From contig CM069134.1 of NCBI GenBank assembly GCA_035221665.1, positions 28,272,001 to 28,336,000 on the forward strand: a stretch of 64,000 bases of DNA, given 5' to 3'. Position 1 is the stretch's first letter. Each line of letters starts with the position of its first letter. This DNA is from Okamejei kenojei. Its lineage: Eukaryota. Shown piece by piece: positions 51,941 to 64,000 of this stretch. The notes beneath the pieces were generated by a model that saw only the letters and a program-made list of their open reading frames with translations, had not been told where the DNA came from and searched no databases. The position numbers and the translations under genes were made by a program.

Positions 51941-53941
51941 GCAATACAAGTAAGTGGCAATATGATGTAAAAGCCCTGCTTGTGCAACGCAGAGCAGCCC
52001 TTAATCTGGTAATGGTCCCCTAAGGGATAATGGATTTACACCAGGTAACCCTTATTAATGGTTGATGGGAGCCCAGGGGAAATAATAATCTTATTCGAGA
52101 CCCAGAGATTATGCCTATTGCCTGGACCTTCACTGTGATTGTGATTGTTTGGCCTTCTCGCCCAACCAGCAACATCTGAGATTAAATATGGGGGAATTGG
52201 CTGCGGTATGGTCATGTTTCTTTGTTTCACAGATCAGTGCTCCAAATGCTCTTTGCGGTCATGAATATAACCTGTTTTACTTGTGTACGGCTTCATTTTA
52301 CGTATGTGTGGTATTACCTGATTTGATTAGATAACACACAAATAAAATTGTATCATAAAAATAAATTCTATCTCGGCACACGTGACAATAATAAACCAGT
52401 ACCAATACAAACTATTAAGCTGGCTGACTGGTTCTGTTCAATACATTCCCATTCATTGAGGACACGTTGTCTAGGTTGGTGCAAAGACAAAACTCCAGAC
52501 AGTTGATTATACCATAGCCCAGTAGGACATGATATTTCACCTATCTGAAGGAAAATGAGAAGGCAAATGGTGATCGTATTTTATTTCTATAATGTGTACT
52601 GCCATACCAGTGTTGCTGGATCCAGTCTTTTGAAACCATTGTGAGTGAGACTGCAACAAGATTTGCAGCAGATCTTGTTGCAGTCTCCGTAGTCTACTTT
52701 CAATATAATCTGCTGTAAACTTGACAGCTGATTGATACGTACTGAATGGGGTTCACTAATATGGGCACCCAGATGTGAACATTAGTTTATGTCATATTCC
52801 TTCTGCGTTAATAGAATTGAAACAAGTTTCAAGAGAGAGCCTCTGGTCTTCAGGAGGGAAGGCTCGATCAAATCAAAGAGACTGGGGAGAGAAAGATCAA
52901 TATCGATTATGGTGGTGAGACCAAGGCTTAGTGCTACTTTCCTCAGGCTTAATTTTAATCAGTGTTCAGCTGTCTATTAAGATGGTGCATCTTAGTCTCA
53001 GTGGAATATGTTAACTTTCATAAAACCAGGCGCTGAGAGCGATTAAGCCTCAAGGCCTTTCGATGTACGCTTTGATTTGTGAGCTTGCTAAAATGTTCTC
53101 TGACGAGGTGGAAACCTTGGCAGTTACAGAGGATAAAACAAATGGTTTTACGTTTGCTGCTGGCCAAGAAAATTCTCACACAGTGCTTTTCCTGAAATTA
53201 CTGACTAGCCCTTATACTCGCAAGCAAAGAAATAAACAAAATTAGAACAAGTAACATTTATTCAACACTATCCTCGGGAGTACCAACTTTACATTCTGTC
53301 ACAGTGTGCCATTTCTAATACCTTATTTCCCTGGTGTAATTTCTCTTGCCTTTGTGAATAATTGTGACTGAAGTTTGGCAGCAGGGGCTCGTCCATTGGA
53401 AGGGGCTTCTGATAATTAAGTAAGTTTAATCAGACGGCAGTGATTAATTGAAGACGGTGATGAGGGGACCTATCATAAAACTTATAATGAATTTGACTGG
53501 CTGATTTTTTTTCTTTTGTACTTCCATCACCAACTAATTAAGTTTACCAGTCTCAACAACATTCACAGGTTTCCGGGGAAAATATATATTTATTTCAAAG
53601 AGATTTTTAAAGAATAAAAATTATTGGACACTCAGGTGTGTTATAAACAACGCCATTGTGTTTAACTCTGCTCCTCTAAGACCAAGGCGCACAGACTTGA
53701 AATGGCATAGCTGAAATTGGTTTCCAAGTAATAGATTTGGAAGAGCTCAATGAAGGACTATCAGGTCTTGCTTCCACCAAAGAAAACTGCTCCCTTTGCT
53801 ATGCTCAGCTCAGAATGTAAAAATAACTCTTGGCTTCCTTTCTCGACTGTAGAAAATTGCTTCCTCCCCCTGTCTCTCATCTCCAGCAACAAGTATGAGC
53901 TGTTCATGGACTCCTTTGACAAAATCAAGACTACAATCAAG

Positions 53942-54450
53942 AGAGAGTACAGAGGAGATTTACTAGAATGTTGCCAGGGTTCCAGCAACTATGTTACAGA
54001 GAAAGGTTGAACAAGTTAGGACTTTATTCTTTGGAGCGCAGAAGGTTAAGGGGGGACTTGATTGAGGTCTTTAAAATGATGAAAGGGATAGACAGAGTTG
54101 ACGTGGATACGTTTTTCCCATTGAGGGTAGGGAAGTTTCAAACAAGAGGGCATGACATGAGAATTAAGGGACAGAGGTTTCGGGGTAACGTGAGGGGGAA
54201 CTTCTTTACTCAGAGGGTGGTGGCTGTGTGGAATCAGCTTCCAGCAGAAGTGGTGGAGGCAGGATCGATTTTAACATTTAAGAGTAAAGTGGATAGGTAT
54301 ATGGACGTGAAGGGAATGGAGGGGTATGGTCTGAGTGCAGGTAGATGGGACTAGGGGAAAACAAATGGTCGGCACGGACTGGAAGGGCCGAAAGGGCCTG
54401 TTTCCGTGCTGTAATTGTTATATGGTTACATGGTTATATGGTTATATGAT
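53942..54450 (+). mobile_element. CR1-type LINE 3' fragment with (gttatatg)n tail
   Basis: ORF 53968..54354 ERLNKLGLYSLERRRLRGDLIEVFK...TRGH...FFTQRVV.VWN.LP. Confidence 0.9.
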
Positions 54451-55821
54451 CACTTGCCTATATAACTTCCCTTCAACTAGCCCATCAATCCAAATTCCTC
54501 TTGGTTCTTATGGCCCAGCCCTTTAACCCATCTTATTCTATTATCTCTCCTATCTCTCCTAATGTTCCTCAGTGCTTACCCTGTTTATGAGACCAACGTC
54601 CTGCTCTGCAGAACCTACTCCCACTAAATAACCATGAATTGAACTTCCTTGCATTGAGTCAGTACTGTACCATCAGCCCCATGACATGTTTAGCAGTTTA
54701 GAAAAAGCTTTCCTTGAAACAATCGTTGATACTTTCATGCTTCCAATCTACCATGTACCCATCTCCCTCTCAAGTTCTTGAAACTACTAATGTTTCCCAA
54801 ATCCACTTTCTTTGATGTTTTTGTATGAGCCCCTTCAATCGCCAGTTTCCATCTGTCAGTAAACAACGCTTACCACCAAAATAGCATTGTCTGGCTCTGA
54901 TGAAATCTATTTTTCCTTATGTTTGAAATCCATCTGCACCTTTGACATTGTTGACCGTTCCATCCTCTTCCAAATCATCCCCACCAGTGTCCAACTGGAT
55001 AGGAGCCTATTCCTTACCTCTTTTGCTTCAGCTCATCAGCTGATAAGAGATAGAGGGAGAAAGAAAGTAAAAGAGGAAAGAGAGAGAAACATAGGAAATA
55101 GGTGCAGGAGTAGGCCATTCGGCCCTTCGAGCCTGCACCGCCATTCAATATGATCATGGCTGATCATCCAGCTCGTATCCTGTACCTGCCTTCTCTCCAT
55201 ACCCCCTGATCCCTTTAGCCACAAGGGCCACATCTAACTCCCTCTTAAATATAGCCAATGAACTATAGCCAATGAAAAGAGAGAAAAGTGAGAGGGGGAG
55301 AAAGAGAGAGGGGAGAAAAAGAAAGAAGAGAGAAAAAGTTAGAAAAAGAGAAACGAGAGAAAAAGAGAGAAAAATGAGAAAGAGAGATAGAGAGAAAGAG
55401 AGAGAGGGAGAGAGAAAGAGTGAGAAAGAAAGAGAGGGAGAAAGAGAGAGAAAGAAAGAGAATAGCCTCTTGTTTGCCTGCTTGAATTCCTTAGGAGCTT
55501 AGTAGTTACACTTCATCTAACAGTAACTATCCTCATCCAAAAAAGCAAACCATGACATGGGATTCTGAGTTCTCCTGAAGGTTATATCACCATAATTTTT
55601 TACTTTATGTTGAAGAGGGCATTTCAAACAAAACAGCATACTTTCTGAAATAATTTGTTAATTTCACCAATAATCAACATTTATTCTGGCAACATCATTG
55701 GGCACCTTGGAGTCACCTGAAGACAGGGCGTGCATAGTTATTTGTGTTTTGTTAAGCATCTACAGGCGAATCGGGAAGGAAACGGGTAGAGATCTGTGGG
55801 TGGAGGAAATCCTTTGTCCTT

Positions 55822-56203
55822 AGAATTGTCTCAATTCTGTTAACCCTTGATGTCTCCTCCCCTTCCCACCTCTCCCTCAGCCCTCGGGCCCTGGCATTCC
55901 CTCTCTCTCTATCTCCCTCCCCCACCCTTGTCGCACCAGCTTCTCATTTTCACACCACAAACAGCTTACAATGGCTTGTTCCCTTCATCATCGATATTTT
56001 TTTGCATATCTTTCATTCATTGTTCTTTATCTCTCCACATCACCGTCTATATCTCTCGTTTCCCTGATCCCTGACCAGTCTGAAGAAGGGTCTCGACCCG
56101 AAACGTTGCCTATCTCCTTCGCTCCTTAGATGCTGCTGCACCCGCTGAGTTTCTCCAGCCTTTTGTGTACCCTCGATTCTCCAGCAACTGCAGTTCCTTC
56201 TTT
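55822..56203 (+). mobile_element. Penelope-like element 3' end / pseudo-LTR with hammerhead-like core
   Basis: About 350 bp highly similar to the reverse complement of 22655-23010. Confidence 0.65.
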
Positions 56204-57837
56204 AACTCCTTTGTCCTTTGGATGCCTCGGGCAAAACCTCCAGAGAACCCCTGATTCCCTTCACACAATCTAGTACCAAACTGAAACCAGGCACTATCTC
56301 TGAACATTTGTTACTTACTTGGAATTTACTTGGTTTCATTGGAAGTAGTACAATGAAGGCTGGATTTACTGATCCACAAAAAGTGCTTTGAAACAGTGCT
56401 TGAATGCTATATACACCTTACTTTTATTTACTTTGTATTAAAGATAATCAATAAAGAGCTCTGTAATTGTGCATTAAAACCACCATTAATTTGGTACCAA
56501 AGCAGTCACTCAGCATTGAAAAGGGAGCTGGCATATTGAAAAGGGCACTAGACTGTCTGTGGCACGTGTGGATCATACATATTTTGTGCAGCTCTCTGGT
56601 AAATACACTTGCACCCCAGTGTAAGTCCCAGTGAATCCTTACTAAAACTAAAGAAGTGAACTGATGTTATCTAGCCATCCAGCTGCCCCCCACAGGTCGC
56701 TTTGCCAAGTCTGCCCTAAGACGACAGCATACTTGAGCTCTTACTCAAACGGTATGGTTGAGCCAAAGGTTTCATAAGGGCAGCCTTGTATGACCCAAAT
56801 ATTCATGAAAACATGACTAGTTTGAACCTGACTCATTTTTAACTCGATCATGTTGTTAACTGGTGAGCTGCCCAAAAAGCTTCTCTTAAATCAATCTCTC
56901 TAATTTAAGAGTCTCAGACCAAGTTCAGTGTCACTAGCATAAGGTAATACCGATTAATATGACATATCTGCTTTGTAACCGCTGCTATTTTGTTTGTCAA
57001 ATAACCCTTTCCAAAGTTTATGTGATGCCAGCTACAAGTTGGAGGTGAATATACAATTGTTAATGCATGACTTTGATATTTCTGTTCTACTTTCCCATTT
57101 GGTATTTGTGCAGATCCCTATCTGAGGTTTGTTCAAATATGTTTTTAATTCCAAATTGTACAATCACATTTAGATTAGGACCATGAATGTCTTTAAGTCT
57201 GCTCTCATTCTGCTGCTGTAGCTTCATCAGAAGTCCAGCCAGCATTCTTGTTATGAGTGTAAATGGATTTGGACTTCACTTCCATGACGTTTCTGGCAGT
57301 GGAGAAGAAAAATTGGTGACCCTCATTGGTGCCCCTCGGACTATCCTTGTTTGGACTTTGCTGGCTTTACCTTGTACTAAACATTATTCCCTTATCATGT
57401 ATCTCTGCACTGTAATGGCTCAATTGAAAGCATGTATTGCCTTTCCGTTGACTGGATAGCGCGTAACAATAGCTTTTCACCGTACCTCGGTACATCATGA
57501 CAATAAACTAAACTGAAATTGAAATCCAAGCATGGTTCTGAAACTCTACAAACAGCATAAGTAAGGTGGAGAGATTAAAGTTTGTGTTATGAACTAGATT
57601 AATATTCTTAAGGGTGCATTAACCTAAAGGAAGTTATATTGATGTGGGTACATAATTATTGAGAGACAGTACAATTGCAAATTAACAAAACCTGAGAAAT
57701 TCTATACTTTGGGTAGAATCAATTCCATGACATGTTGCCATTTGTGAAATGCAGATGAACGTCAAAACTACCAGGTTTAATTCAAAGTCATACAATCACA
57801 AAATCTATATAATTAAAAGTCTCATCTTGACCATTTC

Positions 57838-58130
57838 CTGTTTGCCCTGTGCTTGGAAGTGCAGTGGCAATGGAAATGAAGTGAAAATGCAATCAGCTGT
57901 TTGGCTTGAGCCTGCCCTGTGCTTGAAAGTGCAATGGCAATGGAAGTGACGTGAAAATGCAATGAGCTGTTTGGATTGAGCCTGCCCTGTGCTTGAAAGT
58001 GCAATAGCAATGGAAATTAAGTGAAAATACAATCAGCTCTTTGGCTTGTCCTGCCCTGTGCTTTAAACTGCGTGGCAATGGAAGTGAAATGAAAATGCAA
58101 TGAGCTATTCGGCCTGCCCTGTGCTTGAAA
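57838..58130. repeat. Minisatellite, about 70-bp unit, about 4.3 copies
   Basis: (c)ctgccctgtgcttgaaagtgcaatggcaatggaa... recurs at about 57841, 57911, 57981, 58050 and 58113. Confidence 0.9.
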
Positions 58131-58266
58131 TGGTGTGTTTAAACAGCTGATTCTCGTGACCTCTCCCTCGCCATCTTGCAGACAGACTGAGCCACGCCCA
58201 CATTTCAGGGTTTTATAGTCCCTCTCACTGGAAGGGGCATATATATGGTGTGTGAATCAGTGAGCG

Positions 58267-58400
58267 NNNNNNNNNNNNNNNNNNNNNNNNNNNNNNNNNN
58301 NNNNNNNNNNNNNNNNNNNNNNNNNNNNNNNNNNNNNNNNNNNNNNNNNNNNNNNNNNNNNNNNNNNNNNNNNNNNNNNNNNNNNNNNNNNNNNNNNNNN
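58267..58400. other. Assembly gap (134 N)
   Basis: Run of N. Confidence 1.
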
Positions 58401-58829
58401 TGGTCTCAGTGACAGAGCTGCCAGCCCAATAATCCATTCGGCCCACAATGTCCATACTAGCCTTCTGGAAAAATAGAAACATAGAAAATAGGTGCATGAG
58501 TAGGCCATTCGGCCCTTCGAGCCTGCACCGCCATTCAAAATGATCATGGCTGATCATTCAACTCAGTATCCTGTACCTGCCTTCTCTCCATACCCCCTGA
58601 TCCCTTTAGTCACAAGGGCCACATCTAACTCCCTCTTAAAGAAACCAGTCCCTTCGGCCCACATCACCATGCTAGCACTCCAAAATCCCCCCCCCCCCCC
58701 CCCCCCCTCCACTTAGTCTAGTAATTTATATATTTGTAGAAAATTTTCCATTCTACTCTTATCTTATTTCTTTATGAAGATTGGGAAAACATGCAGGATG
58801 TATTTAGCTGAATTCTTGATGTAACTTAC

Positions 58830-58886
58830 CCTCTCTCAATGAGGAACGTGTCACGCCAAATTCTGGCCCTTTTGTTTGAACGGAAT
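58830..58886 (-). CDS. SULF1: SULF1 exon, 57 nt: (R)FRSNKRARIWRDTFLIER(G)
   Basis: tttcccag acceptor, GTAAGT donor, phase 2 to 2 fits neighbouring exons; WRDTFLxERG motif. Confidence 0.95.
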
Positions 58887-59484
58887 CTGGGAAAGACATA
58901 ATGGATGTTTGTTACACATGTGCACAATCAGGATTCTGTTCTTTGCTGCAGTGCTGAACAATGCTGTTTGCACCTATTCAGGTGAATCACAAATCTAGAA
59001 AACTGGCAGAATCCCAGAAGAAAATCATTGGTAATTTTCACCCTTCATTCATTTCTTAAAAAGGTGACTGCTTATTGTTGCTGGTGGCTGCCTACAGAGC
59101 ATGGAGCCACCGTGCCAGTCCCAAACTGACCTCCTTCGAAACAATTTAAACTCTTAAAAAGTACACTCACCACACCAATCTCTGCACAGTAACAAAAAGG
59201 CTGTTATGGAAGTGTAGAAAAATGGGGGTGGCGATGGCAATGGGTGAAGGGATCGGTCCAACGCAACCAGCCCCCATGACATTGTGATGCCTTGGAAAAT
59301 CAGAGGACCAGTAATGGCAGCATTTTGCACTGAATGCAAAGCTCAGCACAAAGAAAGGATTATGGCAAAGTCTACATGCAAAATCAAGGCCCCGTTAATT
59401 TGTATGTTGTTGTTGCCTTGCGGCAAGGTTTCATCTCTTGGTTTTACTGCGAGTTTTATGAAAATGTGAAAGCTACAACTTCCA

Positions 59485-60620
59485 GCTCTCCCCTTTCTTG
59501 ATCTCTCTGGCCTCATCTCAGGGGTCAGACTATCGACTGAAATTTACTACAAACCTGTGGACTCCCACCAGGCAGGCAGTGAAGAAAGTGAATGGCATGT
59601 TGGCCTTCATACCAAGAGGGGTTGAGTATATGAGCAAAGAGGTCCTTCTGCAGTTGTACAGAGCCCTAGTGAGACCACACCTGGAGTATTGTGTGCAGTT
59701 TTGGTCCCCTAATTTGAGGAAGGACATTCTTGAGGAAGTACAGAGTAGGTTTACAAGGTTAATTCCCGGGATGGCGGGACTGTCATATGCTTAGTGAATG
59801 GAGTGGATGGGTTTGTATACTCTGGAGTTTAGAAGGATGAGAGGGGATCTTATGGAAACGTAAGATTATTAAGGGTTTAGACATGCTAGAGGCAGGAAAC
59901 ATGTTCCTGATGTTGGGGGTGTCCAGAACCAGGGACCAGTTTAAGAATAAGGGGTAAACCATTTAGAACGGAGACAAGGAAACACTTTTTCACACAGAGA
60001 GTTGTGAATCTGTGGAATTCTCTGCCTCAGAGGGCGGTGGAAGCCTGTTCTCTGGATACTTTCAAGAGAGAGCTAGATAGGGCTCTTAAAGATAGTGGAG
60101 TCATGGGGATATGGGGAGAAGGCAGGAACGGCATACTGCTTGGGGATAATCATCCATGATCAAATTGAATGGCGGTGCTGGCTCGAGGGCCGAATGGCCT
60201 ACTCCTGCACTTATTGTCTATTGTCCATTGTCCATTGTACACCTCTGCCCAACCCTGCCTTTTGCAAGGAAATTATCCCTTGATTTCTCCGTCTCCACCG
60301 CATCTGCTCCCAAAATGGGAATCTCCACTCTAGAACATCTGAGATGTCGTCTTTTTTCAGTAAACATGATTTCACCTGTTGCTGCAGATGGACCCCTCAC
60401 CTGTATCTCCTCTGCGCCCCACAGGTTGGCACTCGCTCCTCCTTTCTCCACCCCCAGACAGTACAAGGATAGAGTTCCCTTGGTCATAACCTTTCATCCT
60501 TACCAGCCTCCGTATCCAACGCATCACGCTTCAACATTTTTGCCACCATCAATATGAACCCACCACCAAACGCAACTTCCCATCCCACCTCTTTCTCTTT
60601 TTTATAGAGACCACTTGCTC
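59485..60620 (+). mobile_element. Penelope-like RT fragment interrupted by a CR1 insertion (about 59571-60236)
   Basis: Left part LPFLDL...IYYKP.DSH; right part FLRL..ICS...DRVPLV.TFHP; interior CR1 LVRPHLEYCVQFWSP plus tail. Confidence 0.7.
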
Positions 60621-60807
60621 TCTTAATCCAAAAGCTTACGTTTCCCTTTGTGCATGTGTTACTTAGCCTGCTGAATGTTTCTGGCATTTGCATTTTTAAA
60701 ACATTTTTATTTACTGAGACCTTTTAAGTCTTGCTGTATTTCTCATTAACTACCTCTCACTTTCATCTAATGTTTGTGCAGTCCAGGAATTAATCGTTTC
60801 AGCTTAC

Positions 60808-60936
60808 CTATTTCCTGGCTTTTCAGACTCCAGTAGTTTCAGGATAGATTTTCCATCCATATCTGCCGGAATATCAAGGCCGGCAATATCCAGGATGGTG
60901 GGAGCAAGGTCAATATTCAGAACAAGTTGAGGGATG
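60808..60936 (-). CDS. SULF1: SULF1 exon, 129 nt, end of sulfatase domain: [42 protein letters not shown](R)
   Basis: Hand translation; sulfatase motif [13 protein letters not shown]...DGKS; acceptor AG at 60937-60938 and donor GTAAG at 60807-60803; matches recalled human SULF1 [35 protein letters not shown]. Confidence 0.96.
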
Positions 60937-61544
60937 CTGTTGATGTAAGCACAATGATAATGAAAGAAATGCAGTAAGTTAAGCAGTTTCTCTTAGCATC
61001 TGCGCATTGTATCTTTCACTTTAATTTTAAGGTAAAGATTTGTTCCAACCGAGCTCAATGGTGATGATGCTACAAAAACTGTCAAAAGATTTGAATATTG
61101 TTCATTTTGTAAAATTGTAATAGGCATAATTTGAAATAGAACTATTTATAGTTTAAAGCGACCTCATGCTAATCCTGTTTTTGTACTCCAGTTGAAGCAG
61201 CTTCCTGTAGTTAAAGTTCCTTGTCTTTCATCTTTTTCTACAGTAAGAGAAATTCAAATTCCCTTTCACGCAAGATGTTATAACAAGTCTTTCTTTTTTC
61301 TTCCACTTATCTCTCCACAGAAAGAGAGCCATGGGCGCGTGCACCTTCGGCTTGTTGGACTTTCCTGTCCCAGAATCAGAGACAACCCTGTGTACCAGCC
61401 CCACATCTGGGATTAGTGCCAGCAATTGAGAGTAGGAAAAGTTGAGATGCCGCAGACTGGTCACATTAAGCATTTGTGAGGCTTAACATTTGCGGCAGTG
61501 CAGGTCCAACTGGTTAAAAAGGCAAGAAAGTCTATCACATAGGT

Positions 61545-62012
61545 AAGAAAACAAATGACATTTTGGCCTTTAATGTGATGGAGCTGGAATTTAAGACTAG
61601 GGAGGTTTTGTCACATCTGGTCAGGCTTTTGAGTAATGTGTACAGTCTTGATCCCCTTATCTAAAAGAGAATATGGTGGTATTGGAGTGTACCACAGGAG
61701 ATACACCTGGAATGTGAGGCTGGCCCTATCCGTGAAGCTAAGTTGTTTGGGTCTGTATTCCTTGCAGTTTAGAAGAGTGATTGGGTGACTTTACTGAAAA
61801 GTATAAGATGCTAAGGGGGCTTGAGAAGGTAGATGCTGAGATGTTGAAGCAGGTACTATAACAACATGTAAAAGACATTTGGACCGGTACATGGACAGGA
61901 AAGGTTTAGAGGAATATGGGCCATATGCGGGCAGGGACGTCCAGCGTAGATGGGGCATCTTGGTTGGCATGGGTAATTTGGGTTGAATGGCCTGTTTCTG
62001 TGCTGTATGACT
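61545..62012 (+). mobile_element. Degenerate CR1-type LINE 3' fragment
   Basis: Similar to the other CR1 ends; further short tails at 26385-26505, 47140-47280, 55085-55262, 58470-58640, 63860-63990. Confidence 0.7.
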
Positions 62013-64000
62013 CTAATTTCCTCTTGGTCATTGTGGTAAATTTCTCCCTAATTTCCATTTTCCCCTTTGAAAAAATAGTTTTTCGCTGTTTACCCTTTCA
62101 ATGGTTTATTGACCACCTTTACTCTTTTCTACCTTCTCTAGCCTTCTGTGATTCATTTTCCAATCTCATCAAACTTTCTTGTGAAACTACAAAAGTTGTG
62201 TCAAATGTGACCATATTCACATTTTCCCACCATCTTCTTTTCTTTAAATTGTATTATTTGTTTGTTCCACTCACCTCTTTACATGTTCTCATATCCTCAC
62301 AGTTTTTTTCATAATTCCCCTTTGGATTATTTTAGACCCAATTACCCTTTATCTAGTTTTTATCCTCTAAAATGTAACTAACCCCACACCATTAATAGTT
62401 GAAATCCTGGTTATGTTAATAGAGGAAGTTGTATAGAACTGATCTCAGCTGGTTCAATACAATTGCTCAGGTATCCTGGAGCTGAACTGGGCTTTTGGGC
62501 TGGGGTTTCCACTTATGTATCGATTGTTGATGATGAGAACTTGTGGTCATGTGTGGAGACACTGACTAGCTGCAACACACATGACTGAAGAGACTGCCAA
62601 TACTATCTAGGTTCACATATAACAAATGAAGTGTCGGACAAAGTAATGAAGGACTTTTAACTCTCAATGAATCATTCCTCGGTGACAGTCATGACTTTGA
62701 GCAGGAGGGACAGAAGCGAGCACGATTATTAATCAAAAGGAACCTCCCCGGCTGGTTTGTGACAGGACCACAGAAATGACATTAAGCCTCGGCACAAAGG
62801 TTTAAGAAATGAGGAATAAAAAATCTGTTTTCTAAATTTATCCCTGTCGAAAGTTTCTATAAGATTGCCTTCTCCTTGAACAGCCCATTTCGTTCCACTC
62901 CATTGCAAGTCCCACCAGGGTGAAGACCTTTTGCTGGAACCTACAAATAGTGATGGTCGACCCAAATTATATCGCCACGGGTTGCACTAAATTAAATGCC
63001 AAATCCAAAAATGATGCACTGCAGTTGGAGATTAAAATTTTGCTGCTCCTGCTTCTGGAACATTCAGATTTTTATAAATAAGCTGCAAATGGCTGTCTTG
63101 TAACACGTTTTACTACCAAATCAATAATCAATAGTGTATCAGTTACATTTCACATGACTACGTTTTACCAGCAGAACAGAAATTGAAACTCTTCCCTAAA
63201 CGATAGGTTCCCATGAGGGTGCTGCCAAGTCATTACTGATTCTATGTTCTGGTTATGAGGACGCTGTAAGGCAATGCTTTCTGAACGCTTTGCAGTCTTT
63301 TTATTCATTTATATTCCCGACTTCGCTGCAATTAGGCTATTGGTTCAATTCATAATCCTATGCCATAAAAATATCTCATCTTAATACTTTTTGAATTCAA
63401 ATTAAAGTAGAATGATATTGCTAGAGAATATTTTCTGGGTAATTTGATCATACATATTCTGTTCTCTGGTGTCTATTTTTCCAATTTTCTCTCCTCCTCC
63501 TTCAAAGGGGGTTCTGGTTTTCATGGAGTGCGGAATCACAAGGGCAGATTACCCTTCAACATCTTGTTACAATTTGTGAATTACTGGTGATTACATATCA
63601 ATGGTATTTTTTTGGTGTTATTCATTAACATTTTGTTGAATGTATTTATTGGACGTAGCTTTGTGTTTGTGAATCATGTAAGTAGCTATAAAATAGAAGG
63701 GAGTACATTTTCATGGAAATTGATACCACTAGTCAGAAATTGTAATAACACAGACTATGCTATTTTAAGTAATATTTCCACACAAGTACCATTTTGTAAA
63801 GATGCAGTGTCACATTTCTGATGAATTTGTCAGCCACGCTCATTACGCAGTGATGCAGATTAGTACGGGTATCAGGGGTTATGGGGAGAAGGCAGGAGAA
63901 TGGGGTTAAAAGGAAAAAAAGATCACCAATTATTGAATTGGCTTGATGGACCGAATGGCCTAATTCTGTTCTGACCACTTATGAACTTATGAATCACAAA

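Noticed and set aside
55272-55502. Lys/Arg/Glu-rich ORF, and the Pro/Gly-rich ORFs at 23830-24215
   Set aside because: Translations of GA-rich and homopolymer low-complexity DNA.
57838-58130. CRISPR-like array or repeat-encoded peptides
   Set aside because: Head-to-tail 70-bp units without unique spacers in vertebrate DNA; a minisatellite.
9946-60936. Calling the gene SULF2 because of the RKWP exon
   Set aside because: Diagnostic segments ([46 protein letters not shown]) all match recalled SULF1.

Overview
Vertebrate genomic DNA, most likely from a cartilaginous fish (skate or ray), judged from the HE1/V-SINE, CR1 and Penelope-like repeat landscape. There are two assembly gaps. The minus strand carries the 3' part of SULF1 (extracellular heparan-sulfate 6-O-endosulfatase). 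I could place 14 coding exons between 60936 and 9946. All have GT-AG boundaries and their phases chain without a break; the 5' catalytic exons lie beyond the window end. The most interesting part is the 3' end, which looks like a splicing switch. It has a 34-nt frame-setting exon flanked by three UGCAUG motifs and a candidate AG|GT recursive splice site, a 54-nt cassette exon resembling the SULF2 QRRKWP exon, and a dual-coding last exon. The canonical frame of that exon ends GQLWDGWEG*. Skipping the 34-nt and 54-nt exons opens a 300-aa acidic, cysteine-free tail with Ser-Gly motifs. Introns are filled with retroelement fragments, including Penelope-derived repeats with minimal hammerhead-ribozyme cores. 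All homology statements come from recalled sequences, not database searches.
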